Origin: a virus
Virus record (IMG/VR): IMGVR_UViG_3300031519_004866
Strand: one strand, 5' to 3'
DNA length: 64,000 nucleotides
Positions within the stretch are counted from its first letter, which is position 1, and every line of letters starts with the position of its first letter. A program made the translations under genes and the position numbers. Below the pieces are notes generated by a model. It did not search any database. It saw only the letters and a program-made list of their open reading frames with translations, and was not told the origin of the DNA. Shown here piece after piece: positions 63,841 to 64,000 of this stretch.

Positions 63841-64000
63841 TTATTTAACAACTGGTCGAAAGATTCCACTAATCCTACCTCTACTCTGGGTCCATCCGCC
63901 TTTCCAGCTATTAGTAATCGTTCCACCCGATGGATTGTTATTAGTGGCACTCGCTTTATCACTTTGGTTACCGCCAACAAAAGAATAAACTCCTGGCGAC
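63841..64000 (-). CDS. Partial C-terminus of a CHAP/NlpC-P60-like protein
   Basis: Manual translation SPGVYSFVGGNQSD...ISGIFRPVVK*; GGNQ motif; open at the window edge. Confidence 0.55.
   Translation of the reverse strand, partial: SPGVYSFVGGNQSDKASATNNNPSGGTITNSWKGGWTQSRGRISGIFRPVVK

Noticed and set aside
1-64000. CRISPR array or long tandem DNA repeats
   Set aside because: No regularly spaced direct repeats seen by eye; intergenic gaps are mostly under 200 nt
1-64000. Bacterial chromosome or eukaryotic virus origin
   Set aside because: Housekeeping-like genes (rpsU, rpoZ, clpS, kdsB, guaC) occur singly outside their operons among phage-type hypotheticals, with bacterial SDs, sigma70 and T4-like late promoters
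1-64000. Alternative genetic code (stop-codon reassignment)
   Set aside because: Long ORFs tile the window under code 11 using all three stops; both tRNAs are ordinary (Thr UGU, Trp CCA), not suppressors

Overview
This visibly AT-rich, gene-dense window is most consistent with a large (jumbo, T4-superfamily-like) tailed phage of a marine alphaproteobacterium. Phage evidence: ThyX, virion-type proteins, repeated T4-like late promoter cores TAA(A/G)TA, sigma70 early promoters, and isolated host-type genes (rpsU, rpoZ, clpS, hsp20, cspA, guaC, kdsB) without their normal operons. Alphaproteobacterial host cues: a permuted two-piece tmRNA, a hemO-pcyX pair, a ROSE-like thermometer and an MsmA-like gene. 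Four blocks stand out. (1) About 3.5-30 kb is a tailoring-enzyme cluster with 10 radical SAM enzymes, about 10 Fe(II)/2OG cupin oxygenases, an amidinotransferase, a StrG-like fusion, a PLP enzyme, SDRs/epimerase, a QueC-like ATPase, a GNAT, a methyltransferase and kinase-like proteins, ending at a repeat-containing virion protein. (2) About 31.5-39 kb holds host-takeover genes (RpoZ-like, small HD alarmone-hydrolase-like, ClpP-like, KdsB, tRNA-Thr). (3) About 39-48 kb is a curli-type secretion cassette (CsgF, CsgG, two curlin-repeat proteins) interleaved with a FecR protein and followed by a CHASE2 adenylate/guanylate cyclase. (4) About 49-64 kb holds auxiliary, stress and envelope genes, including an MsmA-like oxygenase subunit whose Rieske cluster motif is missing. 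All family assignments come from motif recognition by eye; no database search was run.
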